In this document: in pieces, positions 40,575 through 53,465 of the stretch
Position numbering within the stretch: position 1 is the first letter of the stretch
Layout of the letters: each line of letters begins with the position of its first letter
Assembly (NCBI GenBank): GCA_951406725.2
Contig: OX597815.1
Location: 119,102,001 to 119,166,000 of the forward strand
From: Octopus vulgaris
Lineage: Eukaryota
DNA: 64,000 nt
Reading direction: 5' to 3'
Program-made: the position numbers and the translations under genes
Notes under the pieces: model-generated
Seen by the model: the letters and a program-made list of their open reading frames with translations, nothing else
Databases searched by the model: none
What the model was told of the DNA's origin: nothing

Positions 40575-42127
40575 GCAGAGGCAAGTGTGTGACACTTGTG
40601 GAGACCTGTTGAGGCAAGTGTGTGACACGTGTGACACTTGTGAAGACCTGTTGAGGCAAGTGAAAATCAAACCAAATCAAAATAGATGAACATCAATGGA
40701 ATTTGTATCTTTGTGGTTCCAGTACCGGTGGCACACAAGAAAACCATCCGATCGTGGCCGTTCGCCAGCCTCATCTGGCACCCGTGTCGGTGGCACATAA
40801 AAACACCATCCGAAGACCCGGCGACGTAGTCAGTCCACCTGTGCATACCTTCCTACTTATGACACTTGTGAAGACCTGTTGAGGCAAGTGTGTGACACTT
40901 GTGTAGACCTGTTGAGGCAAGTGAAAATCAAATCAAATCAAACCAAATCAAAATAGATGAACATCAATGGAATTTGTATCTTTGTGGTACCAGTACCGGT
41001 GGCACACAAGAAAACCATCCGAATGTGGCCGTAGCCAGTACCGCATCGACTGGCCTCTGTGATGTGGGCACATAACAAACACCATCCGATCGTGGCCGTC
41101 CGCCAGCCTCATCTGGCACCTGTGTCGGTGGCACATAAAAACACCAACCGAAGACCCGGCAAGACTAGTCAGGCCATAACCCGTGGCCCCTACTTGGGAC
41201 GTAGTCAGTCCACCTGTGCATACCTTCCTTCCTTCTTGTGACACTTGTGAAGACCTGTGAAGACCTGTTGAGGCAAGTGAAAATCAAATCAAATCAAATC
41301 AAAATAGATGAACATCAATGGAATTTGTATCTTTGTGGTACCAGTGCCGGTGGCACACAAGAAAACCATCCGAACGTGGCCGTAGCCAGTACCGCATCGA
41401 CTGGCCTCCGTGCTGTGGGCACGCAACAAACACCATCCGATCGTGGCCGTTCGCCAGCCTCATCTGGCACCTGTGTCGGTGGCACATAAAAACACCATCC
41501 GAAGACCCGGCAAGACTAGTCAGGCCATAACCCGTGGCCCCTACCTGGGACGTAGTCAGTCCACCTGTGCATACCTTCCTTCTTGTGACACTTGTGAAGA
41601 CCTGTTGAGGCAAGTCAAAATCAAATCAAAACAAATCAAAATAGATGAACATCAATGGAATTTGTATCTTTGTGGTACCAGTGCCGGTGGCACACAAGAA
41701 AATCATCCGAACGTGGCCGTAGCCAGTACCGCATAGACTGGCCTCCGTGCTTGGGGGACGTAACAAACACCATCCGATCGTGGCCGTCCGCCAGCCTCAT
41801 CTGGCACCTGTGTCGGTGGCACATAAAAACACCATCCGAGCGTGGCCGTCTGCCAGCCTCGTCTGGCACCTGTGTCGGTGGCACATAAAAAACACCATCC
41901 GAGCGTGGCCGTTCGCCAGCCTCGTCTGGCACCTGTGTCGGTGGCACATAAAATCACCCACTACACTCTCGGAGTGGTTGGCGTTAGGAAGGGCATCCAG
42001 CTGTAGAAACACTGCCAGATCTGACTGGCCTGGTGCAGCCTTCGGGCTCCCCAGACCCCAGTTGAACCGTCCAACCCATGCTAGCATGGAAAACGGACGC
42101 TAAATGATGATGATGATGATGATGATG
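40575..42127 (+). repeat. tandemly amplified RTE-related element (units of about 340 bp, plus 56-bp subrepeats) ending in (GAT)n
   Basis: GACACTTGTG(A/G/T)AGACCTGT recurs at about 40591, 40634, 40861, 40894, 41240 and 41588; CpG-rich. Confidence 0.9.
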
Positions 42128-42299
42128 TATAAAGGCAGCGAGCTGGCAGAATTGTTAGCACACTAGGCGAATTGCTTAGTGGTATTTCGTCTGCCGCTAC
42201 GTTCTGAGTTCAAATTCCACCGAGCTCATCCTTTCGGGGTCAATATATTAAGTACCAGTCAAATACTAGGGTTGATGTAATCGACTATCCTATCCCCAC

Positions 42300-43005
42300 A
42301 AATTATTTTTGCAGTATTTCTCAGAATTAATTGTCTGGTTACTTGGGAGAAGCTCATTGTACAGAATTCCTTTCCAATCCCACCAGACACAAAGCAAGAC
42401 TTTTTTAGGGTGAAGACCCGCTTTTGGGGTGGCTAAGGGTGGCTCATGTCACTTACTCCAGGGTCGCTTTCTCTGAACATTTCGGTAGATAATCCATTTC
42501 TCATCACCTGTCACAATTTGCTCTAAAAAAAGCGTGTTTTCATTCCATTTATAAAGCGAATCATAGATGGAAATGTGATCCAATAGGTTCTTCTCACTCA
42601 ACTCATGTGGTACCCAAACATCATAGCAATTTGTGTACCCATGCTTTACCAGGTGCTCATGAATGACAGATTTTGATAGGTTGAGGCTTTCTGCCAATTC
42701 TCGGGTTTTGCAATGTGGGTTATTGTCAATTAATGACTTGATTTGGTCATCAACTGTAGTGGATGGTCTACCTGATCACTCTTTATCAATAAGGCTACAA
42801 TCTCCAGCTTGGAACCTTGTGAACCACTTCTGTACAGTTCTTTCGGATAAAGAAACATCACCGTAAACTGTGCATATTTCTTTGGTTGCTTGTGAGGCAT
42901 TTTTCACTTTACGGAAAAAGAGAAGCATCAAGTGCCGAAAGTGAACTTTCTTATCTTCCATTTTAAAAGGTTACAGAATTAACACAGGTTATAGGAACAT
43001 AAACC
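42300..43005 (-). mobile_element. mariner transposon 5' half
   Basis: MEDKKVHFRHLML..SERTVQKWF, WVPHELSE and IVTGDEKWIIY in ORFs 42776-42961 and 42449-42697. Confidence 0.9.
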
Positions 43006-43007
43006 TT

Positions 43008-43437
43008 TGTTGTGATGCCATCTTGGAAATCTCCAGCACGCATGTGCAGGGTTGGAATCTTCCGGAAGGTCTGCCGGAAGTTCCCTCATGCGCATGCGCA
43101 GAAAACTAGCAGCAGCGAAATTCTCTTGTATCTCTCTCTTGGACGCTAGCAGCTGAACGATACACACGTGTCTCCAGTAGCTCTCTTGAGCTGCTACCTC
43201 GTGGCACATCCCTGCTATGCTTGAATGGGCAGGATTGATTCACTCCACTAGATTACTGCCAATAAGCTCCTAGGTTGCCGATTTGCCCAGAGGAAGGAAA
43301 TGTTTATATTGCGAATCAAAGAATAAATATTTATACTGTTGAAGTTAACGGAAAATCTTGACTCTTTCTTCAATTAATATTTGATGTAAAGGATGCGAGC
43401 AGCACCCATCTGCCTAGCAAGTTCTACGTACATGACA
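43008..43437 (+). mobile_element. possible solo LTR
   Basis: TGTTGTG...CATGACA ends, CpG-rich, AATAAA at 43322; no TSD found. Confidence 0.35.
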
Positions 43438-43654
43438 ATACTAAACAATTCTAAATGATAACATAACTCCAAATCTAATCAATAAAAATTTCTCCAAAAC
43501 ACCTCTCCATCACAACCCACCCTACAAGCTAATTACCACCCCATTCAAACCTACATACCCAAGGAAAATTTTTACTCAGCAGAGACTATATAAAGCTATC
43601 AGTCTGAAAATGGTTTAGCTTGCCAAAACTTTTAAGTCACTGTCAATATATATA

Positions 43655-43850
43655 TAGAGTGGTTAAAATTTACAGAAAAGCAAAAAGTGAAGACGGGTGT
43701 ATAAACAAGAAACAGGTGTATTAGTTTAACACTCAGGAAGGTGAGAAATTCTTTTATGTTTCAAGCCTACACTCTTCAACAGAAAGCAACATGAGGAAAT
43801 AAACAGAGAGAAAATAAAAAAAATTTTTGGAGCTAGCGGTCAATTATGGC
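43655..43850 (-). mobile_element. second copy of the hammerhead-like pLTR element
   Basis: Reverse complement CTTT-CTGTTGA-AGAGTGTAGGCTT-GAAA-CA-TA-AAAG at 43751-43786; begins at a TA tract. Confidence 0.55.
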
Positions 43851-44779
43851 AGGGACAAGCGAAAGAAAGTGGCATTATTTAATAATATAGTTTCATTCAG
43901 CTTCATACAACTTAAAGTGTCATAAAACTTGTAAGTTGCATGGGGCTAAGTCATCCTGTTATTGAATAACACACACACACACACATATATAATAAATAAT
44001 ATATAATATATATATATACCTGCATATATGGGTACAGGATGTCACCAATGGTAAAAATAACAGGAAATACGTAAACAACGAGAAAAAAATGGAAAACAGG
44101 GAAAGTAAACACAGGGAAAGGACTCTTCATCAGTTGTCGGCTGTCTATCTCATTTCAAACATTCAATGACAATACTAGTCTTCAAAGACAGTTGCTCCCA
44201 CAAATTCTTAAATAAAATTTAGGATTTATGGAGGGTCAAAGTTGGGAACAAAAACATGATAGTGGAGACAACAAGGATAGTGGAGACAAACAAGGAAACT
44301 GAATGAAAACAAACATGGAGGATCATTAGACCAGAGCGAGAGGAAAATAGTGAATGCTGGGAGAAACATTTTTTGAAAAGAGAAAAGATAGAAGAGCGAG
44401 AGAAAAAACACATCCGCTCTTTTGAAGAAAAAGATGGTCACAGTGCCCCCTGACTTGCTCCCATGCTGGTGGCATGTAAAAAGCATGATCTGAATGTGGT
44501 CAATGCCAGTGCTCCTTGTCTGGCTGCCGTGCCTTTGGCACGTAAAAAGCACCATCTGAATGTGGTTGATGCCGGTGGCATGTAAAAAGCACCCACTACA
44601 TTCTCAGAGTGGTTGGCATTAGGAAGGGCATCCAACTATAGAAACATTGCCAGATCAGATTGGAGCCTGGTGCAGCCCACTGGCTTTCCAGACCTCAGTC
44701 AAACCATCCAACCCATGCCAGCATGGAAAGCAGGCGTTAAACGAGGATGATGATGTTACATGTATGTGTGTGTGAGTGT

Positions 44780-45320
44780 GTATTGCTGTAAATGACCCCC
44801 CCAAAATCATTTTGTGTGGATGACAACTGTTAAAAAGTATCAAAAGTCTATTATTGGTTGACAAAATTCATCAGCACACTGGTGGATTGCACATCTGTAT
44901 CACATGATTTCACCATGTTACTGATCATCAGTGGCAACTAACCAAGCACTGAATACCACACAGAAAATCAGTCAAACCAATATAGAATAATACTGACCAA
45001 ACAGCCAATGGTGTGATGAAAAACTGGCGAGTTGTGTATAAATTAGCTATTAATGACAGTAATAGTTTTTGTTACAGATATTAATCAGCACACCCGACCT
45101 AACTTGGATGTGTTATTTATAATGTCTAGGACTGTTGTAAATGTCTCAGAAAATCATTTTGTGTAGATGACAAATGCTAAATGATTTGGTAAAAATCATG
45201 TAATATGGTAGTGTCATCTGCTGGTGTACTGACGGAATTTTGTCAATTAATATTTAGAATTACAATGCTTTTTAATGTTTGTCATCTACATGAAATGTTT
45301 TGTGGGGGCATTTACAATAC
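44780..45320. mobile_element. MITE with about 110-bp imperfect TIRs
   Basis: GTAAATGACCCCCCCAAAATCATTTTGTGTGGATGACAA versus TTGTCATCTACATGAAATGTTTTGTGGGGGCATTTAC; internal TIR copy at about 45138. Confidence 0.65.
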
Positions 45321-45410
45321 CCTAAAGTATAATAAACAAAACATCCAATATATATGTCATAAGAATTTAAAAACTTTGAAAGAACATGAAATAATTCATT
45401 TTTAACTTTA

Positions 45411-45575
45411 GAACTTAAAGTAGATAAAGCTATAAATAATAAAGTGTAAATATAGCCATGCTTACAGAAGATGGGGATTCAGGTGCCATGGATAGCCTTC
45501 AAATTTTTCTATCCAAAGGGGGTTTTGACCCAACATCTTACATGCTATTATTTATAGCTTTATCTACTTCAAGTT
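45411..45575. mobile_element. small MITE
   Basis: AAGTAGATAAAGCTATAAATAATA / TATTATTTATAGCTTTATCTACTT perfect inverted repeat. Confidence 0.7.
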
Positions 45576-46499
45576 CCACCATTTAAAAATGTATAGAAAA
45601 ACATAGATAAAAATAATGTCAGGAGGTTCAAGAGTTGAGTATATATATATATTTATTTAGCCACATGACTTTTATCGAGTTACAACCGTTTCACAACCTT
45701 CATGTAATATTGATTTCAGTATGTAAGAAATTATATTAATTACACTAATGAAAATAAAGAAAGCTAGCTCATCAGATCACTGGAACATCATTGTTCAACA
45801 TATGTACTACTCATTTATATAAATGTGTGTGTGTTGATGTATGTTTGTGGATGTGTGTGTGTCTTTGGGTGTTCACATTAGTTGTCATTTTCTCTGCTAT
45901 AACTAGATCATTCTTTAATATTGTCAGTACCTACTTTTATTTTGACCATTCCTTCTTCAGAAATTCCATATTTTTTCCCTTCCTTTATTTTAACCTACAC
46001 CTCTAAACTCCTCAACATCTGCACCTACCTCAAATAGGTTGCTTCCATTACAATATGTTAAAATTCTGTGAGCACCATCTGTCTTTCTTACAAACAACCA
46101 CTCTGTGTTAGTGAATAAGATGTCCCTTTATGATAAATATTTAATACCTAACCCTGCCCTGAAATTCCCAAAAGTTACTCCAATTAAATCAGACAGATGC
46201 CCCTGAAATATCCATTTTAGCACACAGCCCCACTTAGTAATCCCCAATGATATCTCTATTTATATAAATATCACCTTTATGGAAATAATCAACACAACAG
46301 CCCCATTTTAACAGATTGCCTGTCCCTTTCTCTTAAATTTTTGCCAGAAAGCTTTGAATTGATTATCCCCTAGTGCCTAATCCCATATTAACTTCTTTAT
46401 CTGTAAGTATGACCACCCCTGAGCATAACAAATCTCTGTGCTGTTTATTAGTGAATAGTATTTTGTGTATTAAAGTTATTTTTTTCTTAATTGGTGCAA

Positions 46500-47250
46500 T
46501 TTACCCTCATTCCTTACTACTTCTGTATTGTTTTCACATTTTATATCTACTTAAATAAAATTCTTGATATCTCTATCTCTAATTACACTATGTTGTTTCA
46601 CATTTTACCTCTAGTTATTCAACATTGTTTTCACATTTTCTTCTATTTATACCATATTTTTTCACATATTTTCCTCTCATAATATCTTTTTACTTCTATT
46701 ATACCACAGTTTCATATATTTTACTTCTGATCATGCCATAGTTTCACATTTTTCTACTAATTACACCTTATTTTACATTTTACCTCTAGTTGTACCTCAT
46801 TCTCATATTTTACCTTTATTATACCACATTATTTCACATATTTTACCTCAAATTATACCATAGTCTACATTTTGTTTTTAATTAAGCCACATTTTTACAC
46901 ATTTTATCTCTAATTCCACCATAGTTTCATATTTTTTACTTCTACACTATTTTGTTTCATATTTTATCTCTAATTAGATCACAAATTTTGTTTCACATTT
47001 TACTTCTAATTACATTACATTGATTCACATTTTAACTCTAATTATATCATACTATTTCACATACTTGTAATTACATTTTGATGTTTCACATTTTTACCTG
47101 CAATTATACAACATTGTTAAGCATTTTTCATTTCTTTATACCATATTGCTTCACATATATTACCTCTATTCATACTAATTCTCACAGTTTACCTCTAATT
47201 AGACCACCCTGTTTCTCTCTGTATTTCTAATTAAACCTACTTGTTTCACT
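46500..47250. repeat. degenerate minisatellite of about 30-33 bp
   Basis: Consensus approximately TTTCACATTTTACCTCTAATTATACCAT; more than 20 units. Confidence 0.85.
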
Positions 47251-48616
47251 TAAACACTGTACAAATCTGACAATGCTAACAACTGTCTCCACAATGAGCT
47301 ACAGAATACATTTTTCTCATCTTTTCTGTCCACTTAATAGCACTCGCTATAACTAGACAATATTCTGATGTCCTTTTACTGGTTTCAGTTATTAGTCTGT
47401 GCCCATGCTAGAGCACCACCTTTAATGGTTTTATTTGATCACATCCCCCTGTTCTTTTAGACAACTAAACATAAACACACATACACACACACATAAAATA
47501 GATTTCCACATAATTTCTTTCTACCAAATTCCACTCAAAGCAATATAAAAATCAACTGCCCAAGGTTCCACCCTGTAAGATTGAACCAAGAAGCATGTGG
47601 CTGAAAATAAACTTCTTAATCGCAGAGCTGTACTAGTAGCAAGTAATTCTGCAATCCACTGCCCTCTTTCTCCCTTCTTTCAATTCAGTGTTTTGGCCAT
47701 TGTATGTAAACCTATCTCTATCCACATTTTACCTTTGGTTACCATCACCTCAAATGGAAAATAATTATGAAACATTATCTCTGCCTGCTTATTCTTTAGT
47801 CAGTGAATAACAGAGGTGTGCAAAATATCTACATTTACCCACTCTGTTTTATTCACAAACTAAAATAAAAAGAAGCATAACCATTACCTATAAGTGAGTA
47901 TGATTTGGTAACATGTACCATGCTTTCACTAATTATTTTAGGTGCCTGTTTATTCGTAAACTGACATAGAGAACCTTTCAGACCTCCTATCCTGACTCTA
48001 GCAGAACATCAAGGAGGCGACAGCTGAAGTAAAAAAAAGGGCTGTACCAACACTAGTACTCCTAATTTTTCAATTGAGTAGACTGGAGCAAGTGAAACAA
48101 AGTGCTTTGCTCAAGGAAACAGTATGCCGTTCCATCCAAGGATGAAACCCACAACATTATACTTATGACCCCCAACACTCTAGCCATTAAGTCATGTGAA
48201 GAGAAAGCAAAATATAATTCATTTGCTTGCATTTATTTGTTACCTCATCCATGTTACTACAATCAACACAGGAACTACCTCAATTCCTCTATCATTTGTA
48301 ATTCTCTCTACAGTTGGTGAAGCAATTGGTCCCACCTCAGTCTACACCCTTTTATCTTATACTTCTCTTGCTATGAATAGAAGTATTCACCTCTTTTACT
48401 TGTTTTAGTCATTAGACTGCGGCCATGTAGAATTTTGTGTTGAACAATTCAACCCCAGTACTTATTTTTTTAAAGCCTGATGCCTATTTTATCTGTCGCT
48501 TTTGCCAAACTGCTAAGTTATGGTGACATAAACACACCAACACCAGTTGTCAAAAGGTGGTGGGGGACAAACACAGATGCAAAGAAGTACACACAAAGAC
48601 ATATATATATATATAT

Positions 48617-49058
48617 ATATATTAATAAAAAGAATTCCAACCTTGTCTGATTTTCACGTTTTATTTACAATCTTATAATGATATATTATAAGATAATATA
48701 TTATAATTGAATAAAATAAAATGAAATAGTAGAATGTTAAATATTCATTCTGATTGAACTAGTACTTTCATGCATTGAATTCTGCAATCTTCGGGTTCAT
48801 GTAGTAGTGTTGACAGTCATGCTTCACAATTTTTGACAGTCAAAAATTGTGAAGCATGACTGTCAACACTACTACATGAACCCGAAGATTGCAGAATTCA
48901 ATGCATGAAAGTACTAGTTCAATCAGAATGAATATTTAACATTCTACTATTTCATTTTATTTTATTCAATTATAATATATTATCTTATAATATATCATTA
49001 TAAGATTGTAAATAAAACGTGAAAATCAGACAAGGTTGGAATTCTTTTATTAATATAT
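48617..49058. repeat. near-perfect 442-bp palindrome (inverted Penelope pLTR-like)
   Basis: Arms 48617-48837 and 48839-49058, 1-nt spacer, one indel in an A-run; sits in the (TA)n of a minus-strand SINE (about 48390-49320). Confidence 0.95.
48877..48921 (+). ncRNA. minimal type I hammerhead ribozyme-like motif (mirror copy 48755-48799, minus strand)
   Basis: TGAAC-CCGAAGA-TTGCA GAATTCAA TGCAT-GAAA-GTAC-TA-GTTCA: stem I TGAAC/GTTCA, stem II TGCA/TGCA, palindromic GTAC in stem III; core deviates at U4. Confidence 0.6.
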
Positions 49059-49989
49059 TCTTCTATACACAATCACACACACCCATATATATATATATAT
49101 TATATACATACACACACACAACACATACACACACACATATATATAAATATATGTGTGACAGGTTTCTTACAGTTTCCATTGGCCAAATCCACTCACAAGG
49201 CTTTGGTAAGATCAAGGCTATAATAGAAGACAATTGCTCTAGATACGACACAGTAGGACTCAACCTGGACCCATGTGGTTGGGAAGCAAACTTCTTAGCA
49301 CACAGCCACACCTGCACCTGTTTGTCGGTCCCTAATAAATATCAGTGAAAGAATGTTGAGGTACTAAACCTCAACCTGCCCAAGTAATGCTTTTGTCCAC
49401 ACTCTATTTCATATAAGCACAACACTGTGTGGAGGCAACAAATAATTCAACCCTTGCATAGATTCCTTTCAGTGATTACACCATAGTGGGTGGAGGAAAG
49501 TTTTTTACATTTGTCCAGGCATGTTCCTATCTAGACACCGCATCACTGTGTGGAAGAACAATGTCAATCTACCTCTGCCAACACTCCATTTTCAGCAATG
49601 TGGGTGGAGGCAGCATGGTGCTCTGCCTCAACCTATGCAAACTCTTCTCTCTATTTACCACCACTTTTGCTGCCATCTTTCCATTTTCCTTTTTACCTAC
49701 CTCCCCAATTGGAGAGTTTTTCAGGCTGTCTCTTTATCTCGACCAATGATATTCAAGCAATATTTTGACTACAGGCGCACGCACGCACACACATACATCT
49801 ACACACCTACTCACACATACACACACACACAAACCTACACACCTACACGTTCATGTGTACTTACAAACATTTCTGCATGTATATTCAAATGAATAGACGT
49901 ACACTGACATTTGCACATGCGCACACACACAAATGAACAGACATTTATATGTATGTAAGCACACACATGCAAACACAGATGCATAAACA

Positions 49990-50039
49990 GTTATACATGT
50001 GTGTGTGCATATATATATACACACACACACACACATTAC

Positions 50040-50072
<33 letters not shown>

Positions 50073-50114
50073 CACACCTATAATTATATATAAACACACA
50101 TGTATATGTATACA

Positions 50115-50163
<49 letters not shown>

Positions 50164-50674
50164 GTATATATATAGATATATACATATATATATATATGTA
50201 TGTATGTATGTATATATATAGATATATACATATATATATATATATATGTATACATATATGTATATACGTATACATATATATGTATATATATATATATATA
50301 TATATGTTTATATGTATACATATATATATATATACATGTTTATATGTATACATATATGTATATACGTATACATATATATGTATACATATATGTATATACG
50401 TATACATATATATGTATATATATATATGTTTATATGTATACATATATATATGTTTATATGTATACATATATATAAGTATATATGTATACATATATATATA
50501 TATGTATATATATATGTATACATGTATACATATATATATGTGTGTGTATGTATATATATACATATACATGCATACATATATATATATATGTATATAATTA
50601 TGATACAAGAGGATGGAATGAACATATGTATAGATATATGCATATACAGATGTGTATATGTATGCATGTATATG

Positions 50675-50737
<63 letters not shown>

Positions 50738-50967
50738 ATATATGCATGTATATCTGTCTTTATGTGTGTGTATGTATATTTTTACATACATACGCACATA
50801 TATGTATTTGCATATATTTGCATGAATATACAAATACACACGCACGTACACACTTATGTATTTACACGCACAAACTCACATATGTGTGTCTATCTTTATG
50901 TGTGTGTATATGTACATCATCATCATCGTCATCATTTGTATATCTGTTTTTCCAAGCTTGCATGGGT

Positions 50968-51051
<84 letters not shown>

Positions 51052-51310
51052 CATACACACACACACACACACATACATATATATATATATTCTATATGTA
51101 CGCATCTATGTGTAGAAATATATACATGTGTGTGTGTGTGTGTGTTTTCTGTGCTGTTCTGTGTATGTACATGTATGTGCACACAAACATTTTCAAACAG
51201 AACTTCCCACATATGTGCTCATATATATGTATGCTAATATACACAAATTTGCACACACACACACACACATACATACACACACAAACACACACATGCTTGC
51301 ACACATGCAC
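49990..51310. repeat. compound (TA)/(TG)/(CA) microsatellite field
   Basis: Directly visible. Confidence 0.97.
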
Positions 51311-51359
51311 ACGCAATCTATTTTACCAAAACTTTGCTATTGTTCAGCCTTCAACCTCA

Positions 51360-51643
51360 CGGATAACAGCAGCAGCAGCTCGAAGTTCTATTTGGATATC
51401 CATCACCATCACACCCATCGCTGCCCCTCCCCCCGCTACCTTCTTTCCTAGCCAAGTCACACCATCATCACCAGCTGCAACAGCAGCAACAACAACAATA
51501 ACAGCAGCAGCAGCAGACATAGCTGTAGAAATTGTATGTAGTATAATATACACCGCAACCACCACCATTTATCATCATCAGCAGCAGCAGCTACATCATC
51601 ATCATTATTGCGAATGCCACCACCACTATCACCACCACCATCC

Positions 51644-51675
<32 letters not shown>

Positions 51676-52170
51676 GTGGCCGCCGCCACAACCACCACCA
51701 CCGCCACAACCACCACCACCATCATCAATGCCACTGCCCCCCACCCCCATCATTATTATCATCATCCTCACTATGACCACCACCACCACCACCACCATCA
51801 TCATCATCATCTTCATCATTATCAATGCCACCACCACCACCACCTCCATCATTATTGTCATCATCCTTGCCATGACCACCACCACCATCATTATTTTCAC
51901 CTTCACTGCCACTACCATGAACATGGCTACTATGGCCACAACTACCATTATCATCATCATCATCATCATCACCATCATCGTCACTGGCCACAACTACCAT
52001 TATCATCATCATCATCATCATCATCGTCATCATCACCACCATCATCATCATCATCATCATCATCGCTATTGTTACTTTACCACCGCCACCACTACCATCA
52101 CTACAATGATCATTGCCACTACCACCCCCTTCACCAATGCCATCACCACCACCTCCACCAGCAGCTGAAG
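51360..52170. repeat. compound (CAT)/(CAC)/(CAG) trinucleotide field
   Basis: Directly visible; source of the poly-H, poly-P and poly-T ORFs. Confidence 0.95.
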
Positions 52171-52782
52171 AAATGGTACAGCGCTGCCTGTCAGCCACTA
52201 CCAACCTCTTTCTGATTTTCTCCTCTGCCCCACCACCACCACCACCCTCAGCATTCCTCTTCCCCCTTCCTTGCATTTCTTCCTATTTACCCCCTCTTGG
52301 AATGTACATAACACAACCTACTCTCTTCCCCCACCCCTCCCGGTGCCAACCTCTTTCTAAGCAAGCCCTGTCTTTATTTATTTATTTATTTATTTATTCA
52401 TTCATTTATTATTTTTTTTTCTTTTCCTTTTCACTGCAGATAACTTTACACACTCATTTCCAAAGCTTTTGCCTGTCTGTCTGTCTGTATGCCTGCCTGC
52501 CCGCCTGCCTGATTGTCTGTTTGTCTGTCTGCCTGCATGTCTTTCTGTCTGTCACTGTCTGTCCATCTCTCTTCACTCTCTCTCTCTCTCTCTCCTCTTT
52601 CTCACTAAGTGTATATTCCTCTATTCCCACCACCCAACCATTCTTATCTGTAAAGCCTGTTTCCACTGGCTCTCAAATTATCTGTCTTCCTCCTTCAATA
52701 TTATCCTCCCTTTTTTTTTATGATTCTCTCTCTCTGTCTCTCTTTCTCAGCACATGTATGTGTGTGTTATGTATGTATGTGT

Positions 52783-52838
<56 letters not shown>

Positions 52839-52968
52839 CCCACCTCTCTAACTGTGTACTATTCCATCTTTAATAATCCTTTCTTAGTAAACACCTCTCT
52901 ACTTCATTTTCTTATTCTCTCTATTCATAGCTTTCTTTTCTCTATCCATCCACTCTTCTGTATGTATG

Positions 52969-53016
<48 letters not shown>

Positions 53017-53230
53017 GGCATGTATGGATTTTATATATATATATTCATGTAAATATATAAAGATGAATTTTATGTATACATTTATATAAATATGTAGACA
53101 GATGGCTAAACATATGTGTCTGATTATCTACATAACTATATATGTATTTATAAATATATATAAGTATATACACTCACACAAATGTATGTATATATAACTA
53201 TATCTTTATATATGTGTATGTATATTTATA

Positions 53231-53297
<67 letters not shown>

Positions 53298-53418
53298 TTA
53301 ATTTATTGGAAGCTGAAACTTCACAAATCAAATTTTTTCTCTCTTGTTTGTTTGTACTAAAATTAGTGCTTTTCTATCTGTCTATTCATTTTGCACAGTC
53401 TCTTACATACATATACAT

Positions 53419-53465
<47 letters not shown>

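Noticed and set aside
40640-40670. CTGTTGA...GAAA in the 340-bp tandem unit as a retrozyme hammerhead
   Set aside because: No stem I complement; the segment resembles the RTE ORF stop region.
40575-41960. CRISPR-like repeat-spacer array
   Set aside because: The inter-repeat segments are copies of each other, the context is eukaryotic, and no cas genes are present.
44141-44191. Minus-strand hammerhead-like arrangement CTGTCT-TTGAAGA...GAAA...AGACAG
   Set aside because: Stems II and III and the cleavage triplet are too degenerate to support.
49851-53060. Long ORFs of 150-315 aa
   Set aside because: Read-through of (TA), (CA), (CAT) and (CAC) repeats in several frames on both strands; no domain.
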